Source: Escherichia phage vB_Ec_Tarrare
Sequence record: OQ507919.1
Length of the DNA: 40,953 nt
Strand: one strand, 5' to 3'
Shown here: positions 19,195 to 28,254 of the stretch, piece by piece
Layout of the letters: every line of letters starts with the position of its first letter
How positions within the stretch are numbered: position 1 is the first letter of the stretch
Translations under genes and position numbers: made by a program
Notes under the pieces: model-generated
What the model was told of the DNA's origin: nothing
Seen by the model: only the letters and a program-made list of their open reading frames with translations
The model's database searches: none

Positions 19195-20124
19195 ATGTCT
19201 GGTGAATCTAACGCAGATGTATATGCATCATTTGGCGTGAACTCCGCTGTGATGACTGGAAGTTCCGTAAGCGAACATGAACAAAACATGCTGGCTCTTG
19301 ATGTTGCTGCCCGTGATGGCGATGATGCAATCAACCTAGCAGAAGAAGAGGAAGTAACCGAGCGTGATATTTATGACACCTCAGACCCATTTGGTCAAGA
19401 GGATGACGAAGGTCGCGTTCAGGTACGCATTGGGGAAGAACCTGCGGAAGAAGACTTTGACGATGCCTCTGAGGAACACGTAGACGTGGACTCAAGCGAC
19501 GAAGAGTTTACTCCTTTAGGTGATACTCCAGAAGACCTACTGAGCGCCTCTGAGCAACTTGGGGAGCACGAAGAGGGCTTCCAAGAGATGATCAACATTG
19601 CTGCTGAGCGTGGCCTGAGCGCTGATACCATCGAGCGTATCCAACAGGAATACGAAACGGAAGACGGTATCTCCGCTAAGTCTTACGCTGAGTTGGCTGA
19701 GATCGGCTACACTAAAGCCTTTGTGGACTCTTACATTCGTGGTCAAGAAGCTCTCGTAGAGCAGTACGTTGCGAGTGTTATGGAGTACGCTGGTGGTCGC
19801 GATAAGTTTGAAGCATTATATACCCACTTAGAAACACACAATGCAGAAGCCGCTCAGACCCTTGAGACTGCCTTGGAGAATCGGGACTTAGCTACCGTGA
19901 AGGCAATCATCAATCTGGCTGGAGAGTCTCGTGCAAAAGCATTCGGTCGAAAACCTGCACGTAGTGTGGCAAGTAAGGCCGTACCGTCTAAACCTCAAGC
20001 TCCTAAGCGTGAAGGCTTTGCGTCTCGTGGTGAGATGATTAAAGCAATGAGTGACCCACGTTACCGCACCGACTCTGCATATCGACGCAGTGTTGAGCAA
20101 AAGGTAATCGACTCTAACTTCTAA
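19195..20124 (+). CDS. 9: capsid assembly (scaffolding) protein
   Basis: 309 aa, strongly acidic, between the portal and capsid genes as in T7. Confidence 0.9.
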   Translation: MSGESNADVYASFGVNSAVMTGSSVSEHEQNMLALDVAARDGDDAINLAEEEEVTERDIYDTSDPFGQEDDEGRVQVRIGEEPAEEDFDDASEEHVDVDSSDEEFTPLGDTPEDLLSASEQLGEHEEGFQEMINIAAERGLSADTIERIQQEYETEDGISAKSYAELAEIGYTKAFVDSYIRGQEALVEQYVASVMEYAGGRDKFEALYTHLETHNAEAAQTLETALENRDLATVKAIINLAGESRAKAFGRKPARSVASKAVPSKPQAPKREGFASRGEMIKAMSDPRYRTDSAYRRSVEQKVIDSNF

Positions 20125-20136
20125 TGAGGTATAAAT

Positions 20137-20159
20137 TAATACGACTCACTATTGGGAGA
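20137..20159 (+). promoter_or_regulatory. phage RNAP promoter (phi10)
   Basis: taatacgactcactattgggaga. Confidence 0.9.
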
Positions 20160-20254
20160 AGGAAACGACTCCCATGAGTCACACATTGAGAACCAACTCG
20201 ATTCAAGTAGTGACTTAACTTTAATTGTGCAATTAACATAAGGAGATATAGATT

Positions 20255-21292
20255 ATGGCAACTATGACTGGTGGACAGAAGCTGGGTACTAACCAAGGTA
20301 AAGGCGCTACAGGTACTGACGCATTGGCGTTGTTCTTGAAGGTGTTTGGTGGTGAGGTACTGACTGCATTCGCTCGTACTTCCGTGACTACCTCTCGTCA
20401 CATGGTTCGCTCCATCTCTAGCGGTAAATCCGCTCAGTTCCCTGTGATTGGGCGCACTCAGGCTGCATACCTGAAACCTGGTGAGAACTTGGACGATATT
20501 CGTAAAGACATCAAGCACACTGAGAAGACCATCAACATTGACGGTTTGCTGACTGCTGACGTTCTGATTTACGATATTGAAGACGCAATGAACCACTATG
20601 ACGTTCGCTCTGAGTACACCTCTCAGCTTGGTGAGTCTCTGGCTATGGCCGCTGATGGTGCTGTTCTGGCTGAGATTGCCGCTCTGTGTAATCTGGCGTC
20701 TGGCTCCAACGAGAACATCGCAGGTCTTGGCTCCGCGAGTGTAATCGAGTTCGCAGAGAAGAAAACTGAGATTACCGATCAGGTTGAGTTAGGTAAGAAG
20801 ATCATTGCTGGTCTGACCAAGGCTCGTGCTGCTCTTACCAAGAACTATGTCCCTGCCTCAGACCGAGTGTTCTTCTGTGACCCTGATAGCTACAGCGCGA
20901 TTCTGGCTGCTCTGATGCCTAACGCTGCAAACTACGCTGCATTGATTGACCCTGAGCGTGGCTCTATCCGCAACGTTATGGGCTTCGAGGTTGTAGAGGT
21001 TCCTCACTTAACCGCTGGTGGTGCTGGTACTAAGCGTGAAGGCACCGATGGTCAACTGCATGGCTTCCCTGCAACTGCTACAGACACCGCTAAGGTAGCT
21101 GTGGACACTGTGGTTGGTGTATTCATGCACCGTTCTGCTGTAGGTACTGTTAAGCTGCGTGACTTGGCTCTGGAACGTGCTCGTCGAGCTAACTACCAAG
21201 CTGACCAGATCATCGCTAAGTACGCTATGGGTCACGGTGGTCTGCGTCCAGAAGCTGCTGGTGCTATCGTTTTCAAAAGCCGTAATTCATGA
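20255..21292 (+). CDS. 10: major capsid protein 10A
   Basis: 345 aa; strong SD (aaggag); collinear with T7 10A. Confidence 0.97.
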   Translation: MATMTGGQKLGTNQGKGATGTDALALFLKVFGGEVLTAFARTSVTTSRHMVRSISSGKSAQFPVIGRTQAAYLKPGENLDDIRKDIKHTEKTINIDGLLTADVLIYDIEDAMNHYDVRSEYTSQLGESLAMAADGAVLAEIAALCNLASGSNENIAGLGSASVIEFAEKKTEITDQVELGKKIIAGLTKARAALTKNYVPASDRVFFCDPDSYSAILAALMPNAANYAALIDPERGSIRNVMGFEVVEVPHLTAGGAGTKREGTDGQLHGFPATATDTAKVAVDTVVGVFMHRSAVGTVKLRDLALERARRANYQADQIIAKYAMGHGGLRPEAAGAIVFKSRNS

Positions 21293-21392
21293 GGGAGCCT
21301 CTCTGGTGACTGCTAGTGCTGGGGAGGCCGAATCTACGGCACCTGTACGAAAACCGAGAGCGCCTCGACGTAAGAAGTCAGAGGACTCATGA
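21267..21392 (+). other. 10: C-terminal extension frame for minor capsid protein 10B (recoding)
   Basis: An ORF in the +1 frame relative to 10A overlaps its last codons and stays open for 33 codons past the 10A stop (SFSKAVIHEGASLVTASAGEAESTAPVRKPRAPRRKKSEDS), ending just before Tphi. The frame is read directly from the sequence; the recoding event is inferred. Confidence 0.45.
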
Positions 21393-21403
21393 TAAAACGT
21401 AAC

Positions 21404-21447
21404 TAGCGTAACCCCTTGGGGCCTTAACGGGTCTTGAGGGGTTTTTC
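21404..21447 (+). terminator. Tphi-like phage RNAP terminator
   Basis: ctagcgtaaccccttggggccttaacgggtcttgaggggtttttcg; G/C-rich hairpin plus T-run, near-identical to T7 Tphi. Confidence 0.9.
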
Positions 21448-21467
21448 GCTTTAATGGGGAGAACTTT

Positions 21468-22058
21468 ATGCGCTCATTTGATATGAACGTTGAGACAGGC
21501 GCTGAGCTAGCTGCTGTTAACGATATTCTGGCTTCTATCGGTGAACCTCCGGTTTCAACCTTAGAGGGAGACTCTAACGCAGACGTAGCGAACGCACGAA
21601 GGATTCTCAACAAGATTAACAGACAGATTCAGTCACGAGGATGGACATTCAACATTGAGGAAGGCGTGGAGTTACTTCCCGACTCCTTCTCCAACTTGAT
21701 TACTTTCAGTGACGACTACCTGTCCGTAATGGCTACATCCGGTCAGACAGTTTACGTCAACCGTGGTGGTTACTTATTTGACCGTACTGCTCGTACAGAC
21801 CGATTCGAATCTCCTGTATCTGTCAACTTGATTCGTCTTCGCGATTACGATGAGATGCCTGAGTGCTTCCGCTACTGGATTGTCACCAAGGCTTCCCGTC
21901 AGTTCAACAACCGATTCTTTGGGGCACCTGAGGTTGAAGGTGTTCTCCAAGAGGAAGAAGATGAAGCACGTAGAATGTGTATGGAGTACGAGATGGATTA
22001 CGGTGGTTACAACATGCTAGACGGTGACGCGTTCACTTCTGGTCTACTAAGCCGCTAA
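21468..22058 (+). CDS. 11: tail tubular protein A
   Basis: 196 aa; same length and position as T7 gp11. Confidence 0.95.
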   Translation: MRSFDMNVETGAELAAVNDILASIGEPPVSTLEGDSNADVANARRILNKINRQIQSRGWTFNIEEGVELLPDSFSNLITFSDDYLSVMATSGQTVYVNRGGYLFDRTARTDRFESPVSVNLIRLRDYDEMPECFRYWIVTKASRQFNNRFFGAPEVEGVLQEEEDEARRMCMEYEMDYGGYNMLDGDAFTSGLLSR

Positions 22059-22075
22059 TAGCTAAAGGAGGTCTC

Positions 22076-24460
22076 ATGGCTCTAATAAGTCAATCCATTA
22101 AGAACTTGAAGGGTGGTATCAGTCAACAGCCTGACATCCTTCGTTATCCAGACCAAGGTGCGATACAGGTAAACGGATGGTCTTCTGAGTCTGAGGGCCT
22201 CCAAAAGCGTCCACCTATGGTGTTCCTAAAGACCCTTGGTGCTGCAAACCTATTAGGGAGCACTCCGTATGTCCACCTGATAAACCGTGATGAGTTCGAA
22301 CAGTATTACGCAGTGTTCACAGGAACAGGTGTACGTGTGTTCGACTTGAAGGGAAACGAGAAGACTGTACGCTATCCCAACGGTCAAAGTTACGTAACAA
22401 CTGGTAATCCACGTAATGACCTCCGAATGGTCACTGTGGCAGACTATACGTTCGTAGTGAACCGTAATGTTGTCGTTAAGAAGAATCCCAATTCGGTTAA
22501 CCTTAAAGGTTTCCGTGACAACGGTGATGCTCTCGTTAACGTCCGTGGTGGTCAATACGGTCGAACCTTGAAGATCAAAATCAACGGTGCTGAGAAGGCG
22601 AAGTACGAGATTCCTCAAGGAGACAAACCAGAACACGTTAAGAATACCGACGCTCAGTTCTTGGTCACGGAGTTGACAAACCAGTTAAAGAAGAACTTGG
22701 CTGGATGGACTATAAATGCTGGTGAGGGATTCATTCACATTGTGGCTCCAGCTAACGCTACCATTGATACTATAGCCACTGAGGATGGTTACGCAGACCA
22801 ACTTATTAACCCTGTCACCCACTACGCTCAGTCCTTCGCAAAGCTTCCACCTAATGCTCCTAACGGGTACATGGTGAAGATCGTTGGCGATGTGTCTAAG
22901 TCTGCCGATCAGTATTACGTTCGGTATGACGCTAAGAAGAAAGTGTGGGCTGAGGACTTAGGGTGGAACGTTGAGAACGCCTTATCGTGGGACACAATGC
23001 CACATGCTCTGGTTCGTGCCGCGGATGGTAACTTTGACTTCAAGCGATTGGATTGGGCACATAAGAAGGTTGGTGACGTTGACACTAACCCTTGGCCTTC
23101 ATTCGTGGACTCTAAGATTAACGATGTGTTCTTCTTCCGTAACCGTTTAGGCTTCCTTAGCGGTGAGAACATTATTCTGAGTCGTACAGCGAAATACTTC
23201 AACTTCTTCCCTGCGTCAGTGGCTAACCTAAGCGATGATGACCCTATTGACGTGGCGGTAAGTGTTAACCGTATTTCAATCTTGAAGTACGCAGTACCGT
23301 TCGCTGAGGAACTCCTGCTGTGGTCTGATGAAGCTCAGTTTGTGTTGACGTCTGCTGGTATCCTATCGGCTCGCTCAGTAGAACTCAACCTAACCACACA
23401 GTTCGACGTTCAGGATAAAGCTAGACCTTTCGGTATCGGGCGTAATATCTACTTCGCGTCACCTCGTGCAAGCTTTACGTCCATCAACCGTTACTATGCG
23501 GTTCAGGATGTATCTGCCGTTAAGAACGCTTCTGATATTACAGCACATGTTCCTAACTATATTCCTAATGGAGTGTTTAGTATCTCAGGTTCCGGTGCTG
23601 AGAACTTCTGTTCGGTACTTACTTCTGGAGACCCTAACAAGATCTTCATTTATAAGTTCCTATACCTAGATGAAGAGTTAAGACAGCAATCTTGGTCACA
23701 TTGGGACTTTGGCCCTAACGTCAACATCCTTGCGTGTCACTCAATAGGTTCCGAAATGTATGTACTAATGAACAATAAGTACAACACTTTCCTGTCCAAA
23801 ATCTCGTTCACTAAGAATGCTATAGACTTAAACTCTGAGCCTTACAGGGCGTTCTTGGACTTCAAGGTTCCTTACATCATCCCTGCTGGAACGTACAATG
23901 ACGATACGTACACTACGACTATCAGTCTGCGAACAATCTATGGGGCTAACTTTGATGTAGGCAAAGTGACGGTCTTGGAGAAGGACGGTAAGATAACAGA
24001 GTTCGAACCTCCTAAGGGTGGTTGGAATGCAGACCCTAACTTGCGACTAGTAGGGAACCTACAAGGTGCGCTAGTGTTCGTAGGGTTTAACATTCAGTTC
24101 ATCTATGAGTTCTCTAAGTTCCTCATTAAACAGACTGCTGACGATGGGTCAACCTCTACGGAAGACATTGGTCGCCTACAGTTACGAAGAGCGTGGGTGA
24201 ACTATGAGGAATCAGGTACGTTCGACATTTACGTGACAAACCAGTCTTCATCTTGGAAATACACAATGGCTGGCTCACGTCTAGGCTCTAGCACTCTGAG
24301 AACTGGACGACTGAACCTAGGTACTGGTCAATATCGATTCCCTGTGGTCGGTAACGCCAAGTACAACACTGTGTATATATCTTCCGATGAGACTACCCCT
24401 TTGAACATCATTGGGTGTGGATGGGAAGGTAATTACCTGCGGAGAAGTTCTGGTATTTAA
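22076..24460 (+). CDS. 12: tail tubular protein B
   Basis: 794 aa; same length and position as T7 gp12. Confidence 0.95.
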   Translation: MALISQSIKNLKGGISQQPDILRYPDQGAIQVNGWSSESEGLQKRPPMVFLKTLGAANLLGSTPYVHLINRDEFEQYYAVFTGTGVRVFDLKGNEKTVRYPNGQSYVTTGNPRNDLRMVTVADYTFVVNRNVVVKKNPNSVNLKGFRDNGDALVNVRGGQYGRTLKIKINGAEKAKYEIPQGDKPEHVKNTDAQFLVTELTNQLKKNLAGWTINAGEGFIHIVAPANATIDTIATEDGYADQLINPVTHYAQSFAKLPPNAPNGYMVKIVGDVSKSADQYYVRYDAKKKVWAEDLGWNVENALSWDTMPHALVRAADGNFDFKRLDWAHKKVGDVDTNPWPSFVDSKINDVFFFRNRLGFLSGENIILSRTAKYFNFFPASVANLSDDDPIDVAVSVNRISILKYAVPFAEELLLWSDEAQFVLTSAGILSARSVELNLTTQFDVQDKARPFGIGRNIYFASPRASFTSINRYYAVQDVSAVKNASDITAHVPNYIPNGVFSISGSGAENFCSVLTSGDPNKIFIYKFLYLDEELRQQSWSHWDFGPNVNILACHSIGSEMYVLMNNKYNTFLSKISFTKNAIDLNSEPYRAFLDFKVPYIIPAGTYNDDTYTTTISLRTIYGANFDVGKVTVLEKDGKITEFEPPKGGWNADPNLRLVGNLQGALVFVGFNIQFIYEFSKFLIKQTADDGSTSTEDIGRLQLRRAWVNYEESGTFDIYVTNQSSSWKYTMAGSRLGSSTLRTGRLNLGTGQYRFPVVGNAKYNTVYISSDETTPLNIIGCGWEGNYLRRSSGI

Positions 24461-24492
24461 CTAATAGTTCTCCTGATAGTTGAGGGTATAAT

Positions 24493-24515
24493 TAATACGA
24501 CTCACTATTGGGAGA
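24493..24515 (+). promoter_or_regulatory. phage RNAP promoter (phi13)
   Basis: taatacgactcactattgggaga. Confidence 0.9.
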
Positions 24516-24542
24516 ACAATACGACTACGGGAGGGTTTCATT

Positions 24543-24962
24543 ATGATGTACATTAGGCCAACTACAGAAGGTGACATTAAGATTTTCAAACCATCACGAG
24601 AGGATAGACTTGAGGCTTTTGCTGCTGGGCATGACGCTACGTTTCCAGATGCCTCAGAGTGTGTTACTCTTTGGGGTAACGGAATGCCATTAGCTATAGG
24701 AGGTAACTGTGAGAATCAAGTTTGGTTCGTAACTAGTTATCATGTTGCACATTTGACACCTAGAGAAAAGATGGAGTTCCGAAAGGTAATCATTGAGTAT
24801 CGAGACAAGATGTTGGAACAGTACGAGACTCTTTGGAATTACGTTTGGGTAGGCAATAAGTCCCACATAAGGTTCCTCAAGACTATCGGTGCAGAGTTCC
24901 ATGAGGTCTACGGTAATGATGGTCAATTCCAGTTATTCACAATAAAGAAGGAGGCAACATGA
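24543..24962 (+). CDS. 13: gene 13 protein (internal virion / assembly protein)
   Basis: 139 aa; conserved blocks FPDASECVTL..PLAIGGNC, WFVTS, YRDKMLEQYETLWNYVWVGNKSHIRFLKTIGA as in T7 gp13 as recalled. Confidence 0.8.
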   Translation: MMYIRPTTEGDIKIFKPSREDRLEAFAAGHDATFPDASECVTLWGNGMPLAIGGNCENQVWFVTSYHVAHLTPREKMEFRKVIIEYRDKMLEQYETLWNYVWVGNKSHIRFLKTIGAEFHEVYGNDGQFQLFTIKKEAT

Positions 24963-25354
24963 AGCTCTGCAAGAAGTGTAACACAGTGAAGCCTATGGAC
25001 GAGTTTCACAATAAGAAAGGTAGGAAGGATGGTAAGGCGTCTACTTGTAAAGCCTGTGTCAACAATAGAGTGAGACCTTACGATTCCGAGAAGAACAAGA
25101 ACATGCACTTGAAGAAACTGTATGGTATAACCCTTGATGAATACAACGCTATGTTGGAAGCTCAAGGTCACTGCTGTGCAATCTGCAAAGGAACCGAAGG
25201 GATGAAGCTCGGTAGGAACATGGCGGTAGACCACTGCCACACAACGGGTAAAGTCCGAGGGATACTTTGCTCCCACTGTAATCGTGGCTTAGGGTTCTTC
25301 AAGGACAACATTGAGAGCCTCAAAGCTGCCATTAAGTATCTAGGAGGTGAATGA
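24959..25354 (+). CDS. Endonuclease VII-family (T4 gp49-like zinc-binding) nuclease, probable free-standing homing endonuclease
   Basis: 131 aa; CxxC ... HCCAICKG ... DHCHTTGKVRGILCSHCN is the Endo VII His-Cys box; start ATG overlaps the gene 13 stop and the stop overlaps the gene 14 start. T7 has no gene at this position as far as I recall. Confidence 0.8.
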   Translation: MKLCKKCNTVKPMDEFHNKKGRKDGKASTCKACVNNRVRPYDSEKNKNMHLKKLYGITLDEYNAMLEAQGHCCAICKGTEGMKLGRNMAVDHCHTTGKVRGILCSHCNRGLGFFKDNIESLKAAIKYLGGE

Positions 25355-25956
25355 TGTGTTGGTTAGCCGCACTTCCAGTTGCTATGGCTGGTGCTCAAGC
25401 TATTAGTGGTCAAGTGGCTCAAGCCAACATGGTTGCTGCCCAAACAGAAGCTGGTCGCCGTCAAGCTATGGAAATCATGAAACAAACAAACATCCAGAAT
25501 GCAGACCTCTCGTTGCAAGCCAGAAGTCGCCTTGAGGAAGCCTCTAGTGAACTTACAGCACAGAACATGCAGAAGGTTCAAGCTATGGGGTCTATCCGAG
25601 CGGCTATAGGTGAGGGAAACCTAGAAGGTGCCTCTCTGGATAGAATCAAACGTGTCACAGAAGGTCAGTTCATTCGTGAGGCCAACATGGTGACTGAGAA
25701 CTATCGTCGTGACTATCAGGCTATCTTTGCGCAACAGCTTGGTGGTACTCAGAGTGCTGCAAGTCAAATCGGAGAGATTTACAAAGGCGAACAGAAACAG
25801 AAGAGTAAGTTACAGCAAGTACTTGACCCTCTGGCTGCTGTGGGTTCATCCTTTGCGTCTCAATATGCATCCGGTGCGTTTGACTCTAAGTCTCGTACAC
25901 CTGCTAAGATTACCGCTGCGACTCCAACCAAAGTAGTCCGTAAAGGAGGTAAGTAA
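25354..25956 (+). CDS. 14: internal virion protein B (gp14)
   Basis: 200 aa from the ATG at 25354 (MCWLAALPVAMAGAQAISGQVAQANM...); matches T7 gp14. Confidence 0.9.
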   Translation: MCWLAALPVAMAGAQAISGQVAQANMVAAQTEAGRRQAMEIMKQTNIQNADLSLQARSRLEEASSELTAQNMQKVQAMGSIRAAIGEGNLEGASLDRIKRVTEGQFIREANMVTENYRRDYQAIFAQQLGGTQSAASQIGEIYKGEQKQKSKLQQVLDPLAAVGSSFASQYASGAFDSKSRTPAKITAATPTKVVRKGGK

Positions 25957-28232
25957 TGAGTAAATTAGATAATGCTCTACAGGCCGTCCCTAAAGGGATG
26001 TCCCGACTGAGAGCGGGAGGTGGTGGTATGGGATACCGTGCTGCTACTACTCAGGTAGAACAACCTAGGTCTAGCTTATTGGACTCTTTAGGTCGATTCG
26101 CACAGGCTGGTGCTGACATGTTCAAAGCTAAAGAGCAACGCGCTCGTGACTTAGCCGATGAGCGCTCTAACGAGATTATCCGCAAGTTGACCCCTGAGCA
26201 ACGTAGGGCGGCACTTAACAGTGGAACCTTATTGTATCAGGATGACCCTTACGCTATGGAAGCGCTTCGAGTGAAGACTGGACGTAACGCTGCGTACTTA
26301 GTCGATGACGACGTTATGCAGAAAGTTAAAGAAGGTGTCTTCCGTACTCGCGAAGAGATGGAGCAATATCGCCACGCTCGGTTACAGGAAGGAGCTAAAT
26401 CTTACGCTGAGCAATTTGGTATTGACCCTGAGGATGCTGACTATCAGCGTGGATTCAACGGTGACATCACTGAGCGTAACATATCTCTGTATGGTGCCCA
26501 CGATAACTTCTTGAGTGCTCAAGCTCAGAAGGGTGCCATCGTAAACAGCCGTGTAGAACTAAACGGTGTACTCCAAGACCCCTCTATGCTTCGTCGTCCA
26601 GACTCTGCGGAGTTCTTTGAGAAATACATCTCCAATGGTCTAGTCACTGGTGCCATTCCGTCAGATGCTCAAGCTACACAGTTAATTGGTCAAGCTTTCA
26701 GTGACGCTTCAAGTCGTGCTGGTGGTGCTGACTTCTTATTGAGAGTAGCAGACAAGAAGGTAACTCTTAACGGTGTCACTTCGACGTACCGTGAGTTAAT
26801 GGGTGAAGAGCAATGGAACGCACTCATGGTGACAGCTCAACGTTCTCAATTCGATAACGACGCTAAGCTTAACGAAGCGTTCCAACTCAAGGTGAACTCT
26901 GCGCTTAACCAAGATGACCCACGAGTAGCTTGGGAGCAACTTCAAGGTATCAAGGCGGAACTCGACAAGGTTCAGCCAGACGAGCAAATGACCCCTCAAC
27001 GAGAACAACTTATAGCTGCCGAAACGAGACTCCAAGGTGAGATGCAACGGTGGACTCAAGAGCAAGCTAAGGCTCTCGACAAGCAGAAGAAGACTCTCAA
27101 CAAGAACGCTGTGATTGGTCGTCAATTCGATAAGCGACTTGCTGGTGAATACCTATCGACGTCCTATAAGGATATGCCGTCTAACGAGAACACTGGCGAC
27201 TTCGAGTATAGCGATATGGTTAACTTCGCTGACCAGAAGCTCCGTGAGATTGACTCAATGGATATACCAGATGCTCGTAAAGATCGCTTGAAGTTGGACT
27301 ACCTGCGTAGCGACTCAGAGGATGGCCCATTCCGTAACAAGATGAAGGTCTTGGTGTCTGATGCTGCTAACGAGTGGCAAGCGGCTCTACTTCAAGGGAA
27401 GCTGCCGGACAAGACTCCTGCGCTAGACAACCTGCGTAGAATCCGTAACGCAGACCCATATCTATTCGCTTCGTTGTATCCAGACAAAGCTGGACTATTC
27501 CTCAAGATGGACGCAATGGACAGATACGGTCTAGAACCTTCTGTGCTACTGGATGCTGAGCGTCAACGTGCTAACCGTTCTCAAGACCAACGTAAGATAG
27601 ACGATGAGACTTTCAACGCTGCGTTAAACTCTACAGAGTACCCTGAGTTAGCCCGAATGCCAGCAAGCCTTAGAGCGTCTGCTCGTGATGTCTATGATGC
27701 TGGTATCTACCTGAGTGGTAACGAGAGTTTCGCTAAGGAACAGATGCAGCGCTTCATGCATGAGATGACAACGCCTATTGAGCGTAGTGACGTTGCTGAT
27801 AAATCCGTAGGTGTTCTCCCTAGGAACATGCTACAGGTATCGGATGACCCTAGCTCATGGGAACAAGGTAAAGACCTCATGATGGAAATCTACGATGGAA
27901 TCTTGCAGACTAACCCTTGGCTGGATGGTAATCAGCTATCCGTGTATGCAGACAAAGACATTATCCGCTTCGTTGACACCACAGGTAACATCAACAGAAG
28001 TATCGATAGAGACTTACTGCGCCGAATGTATGCCGATAAGATTCAGCGTCTACAGGCTAAAGCCACCGAGGAAGCATATGAGGCCATGAACAAACGTGCG
28101 CCTATAGCGAAGGTTAACAAGGCTCGCAAGGATACATCCGAAGGTAAGACAAAAGGTGTGAAAGGTTTCGGCCTAGAAGGACTCCGCAGGAAGTCTGAAA
28201 GAGTCAAAGCTGAACGCGCTAAGAAACAATAA
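25956..28232 (+). CDS. 15: internal virion protein C (gp15)
   Basis: 758 aa; position and size match T7 gp15. Confidence 0.9.
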   Translation: MSKLDNALQAVPKGMSRLRAGGGGMGYRAATTQVEQPRSSLLDSLGRFAQAGADMFKAKEQRARDLADERSNEIIRKLTPEQRRAALNSGTLLYQDDPYAMEALRVKTGRNAAYLVDDDVMQKVKEGVFRTREEMEQYRHARLQEGAKSYAEQFGIDPEDADYQRGFNGDITERNISLYGAHDNFLSAQAQKGAIVNSRVELNGVLQDPSMLRRPDSAEFFEKYISNGLVTGAIPSDAQATQLIGQAFSDASSRAGGADFLLRVADKKVTLNGVTSTYRELMGEEQWNALMVTAQRSQFDNDAKLNEAFQLKVNSALNQDDPRVAWEQLQGIKAELDKVQPDEQMTPQREQLIAAETRLQGEMQRWTQEQAKALDKQKKTLNKNAVIGRQFDKRLAGEYLSTSYKDMPSNENTGDFEYSDMVNFADQKLREIDSMDIPDARKDRLKLDYLRSDSEDGPFRNKMKVLVSDAANEWQAALLQGKLPDKTPALDNLRRIRNADPYLFASLYPDKAGLFLKMDAMDRYGLEPSVLLDAERQRANRSQDQRKIDDETFNAALNSTEYPELARMPASLRASARDVYDAGIYLSGNESFAKEQMQRFMHEMTTPIERSDVADKSVGVLPRNMLQVSDDPSSWEQGKDLMMEIYDGILQTNPWLDGNQLSVYADKDIIRFVDTTGNINRSIDRDLLRRMYADKIQRLQAKATEEAYEAMNKRAPIAKVNKARKDTSEGKTKGVKGFGLEGLRRKSERVKAERAKKQ

Positions 28233-28254
28233 GTAAATTCATAGGAGGCCCATA

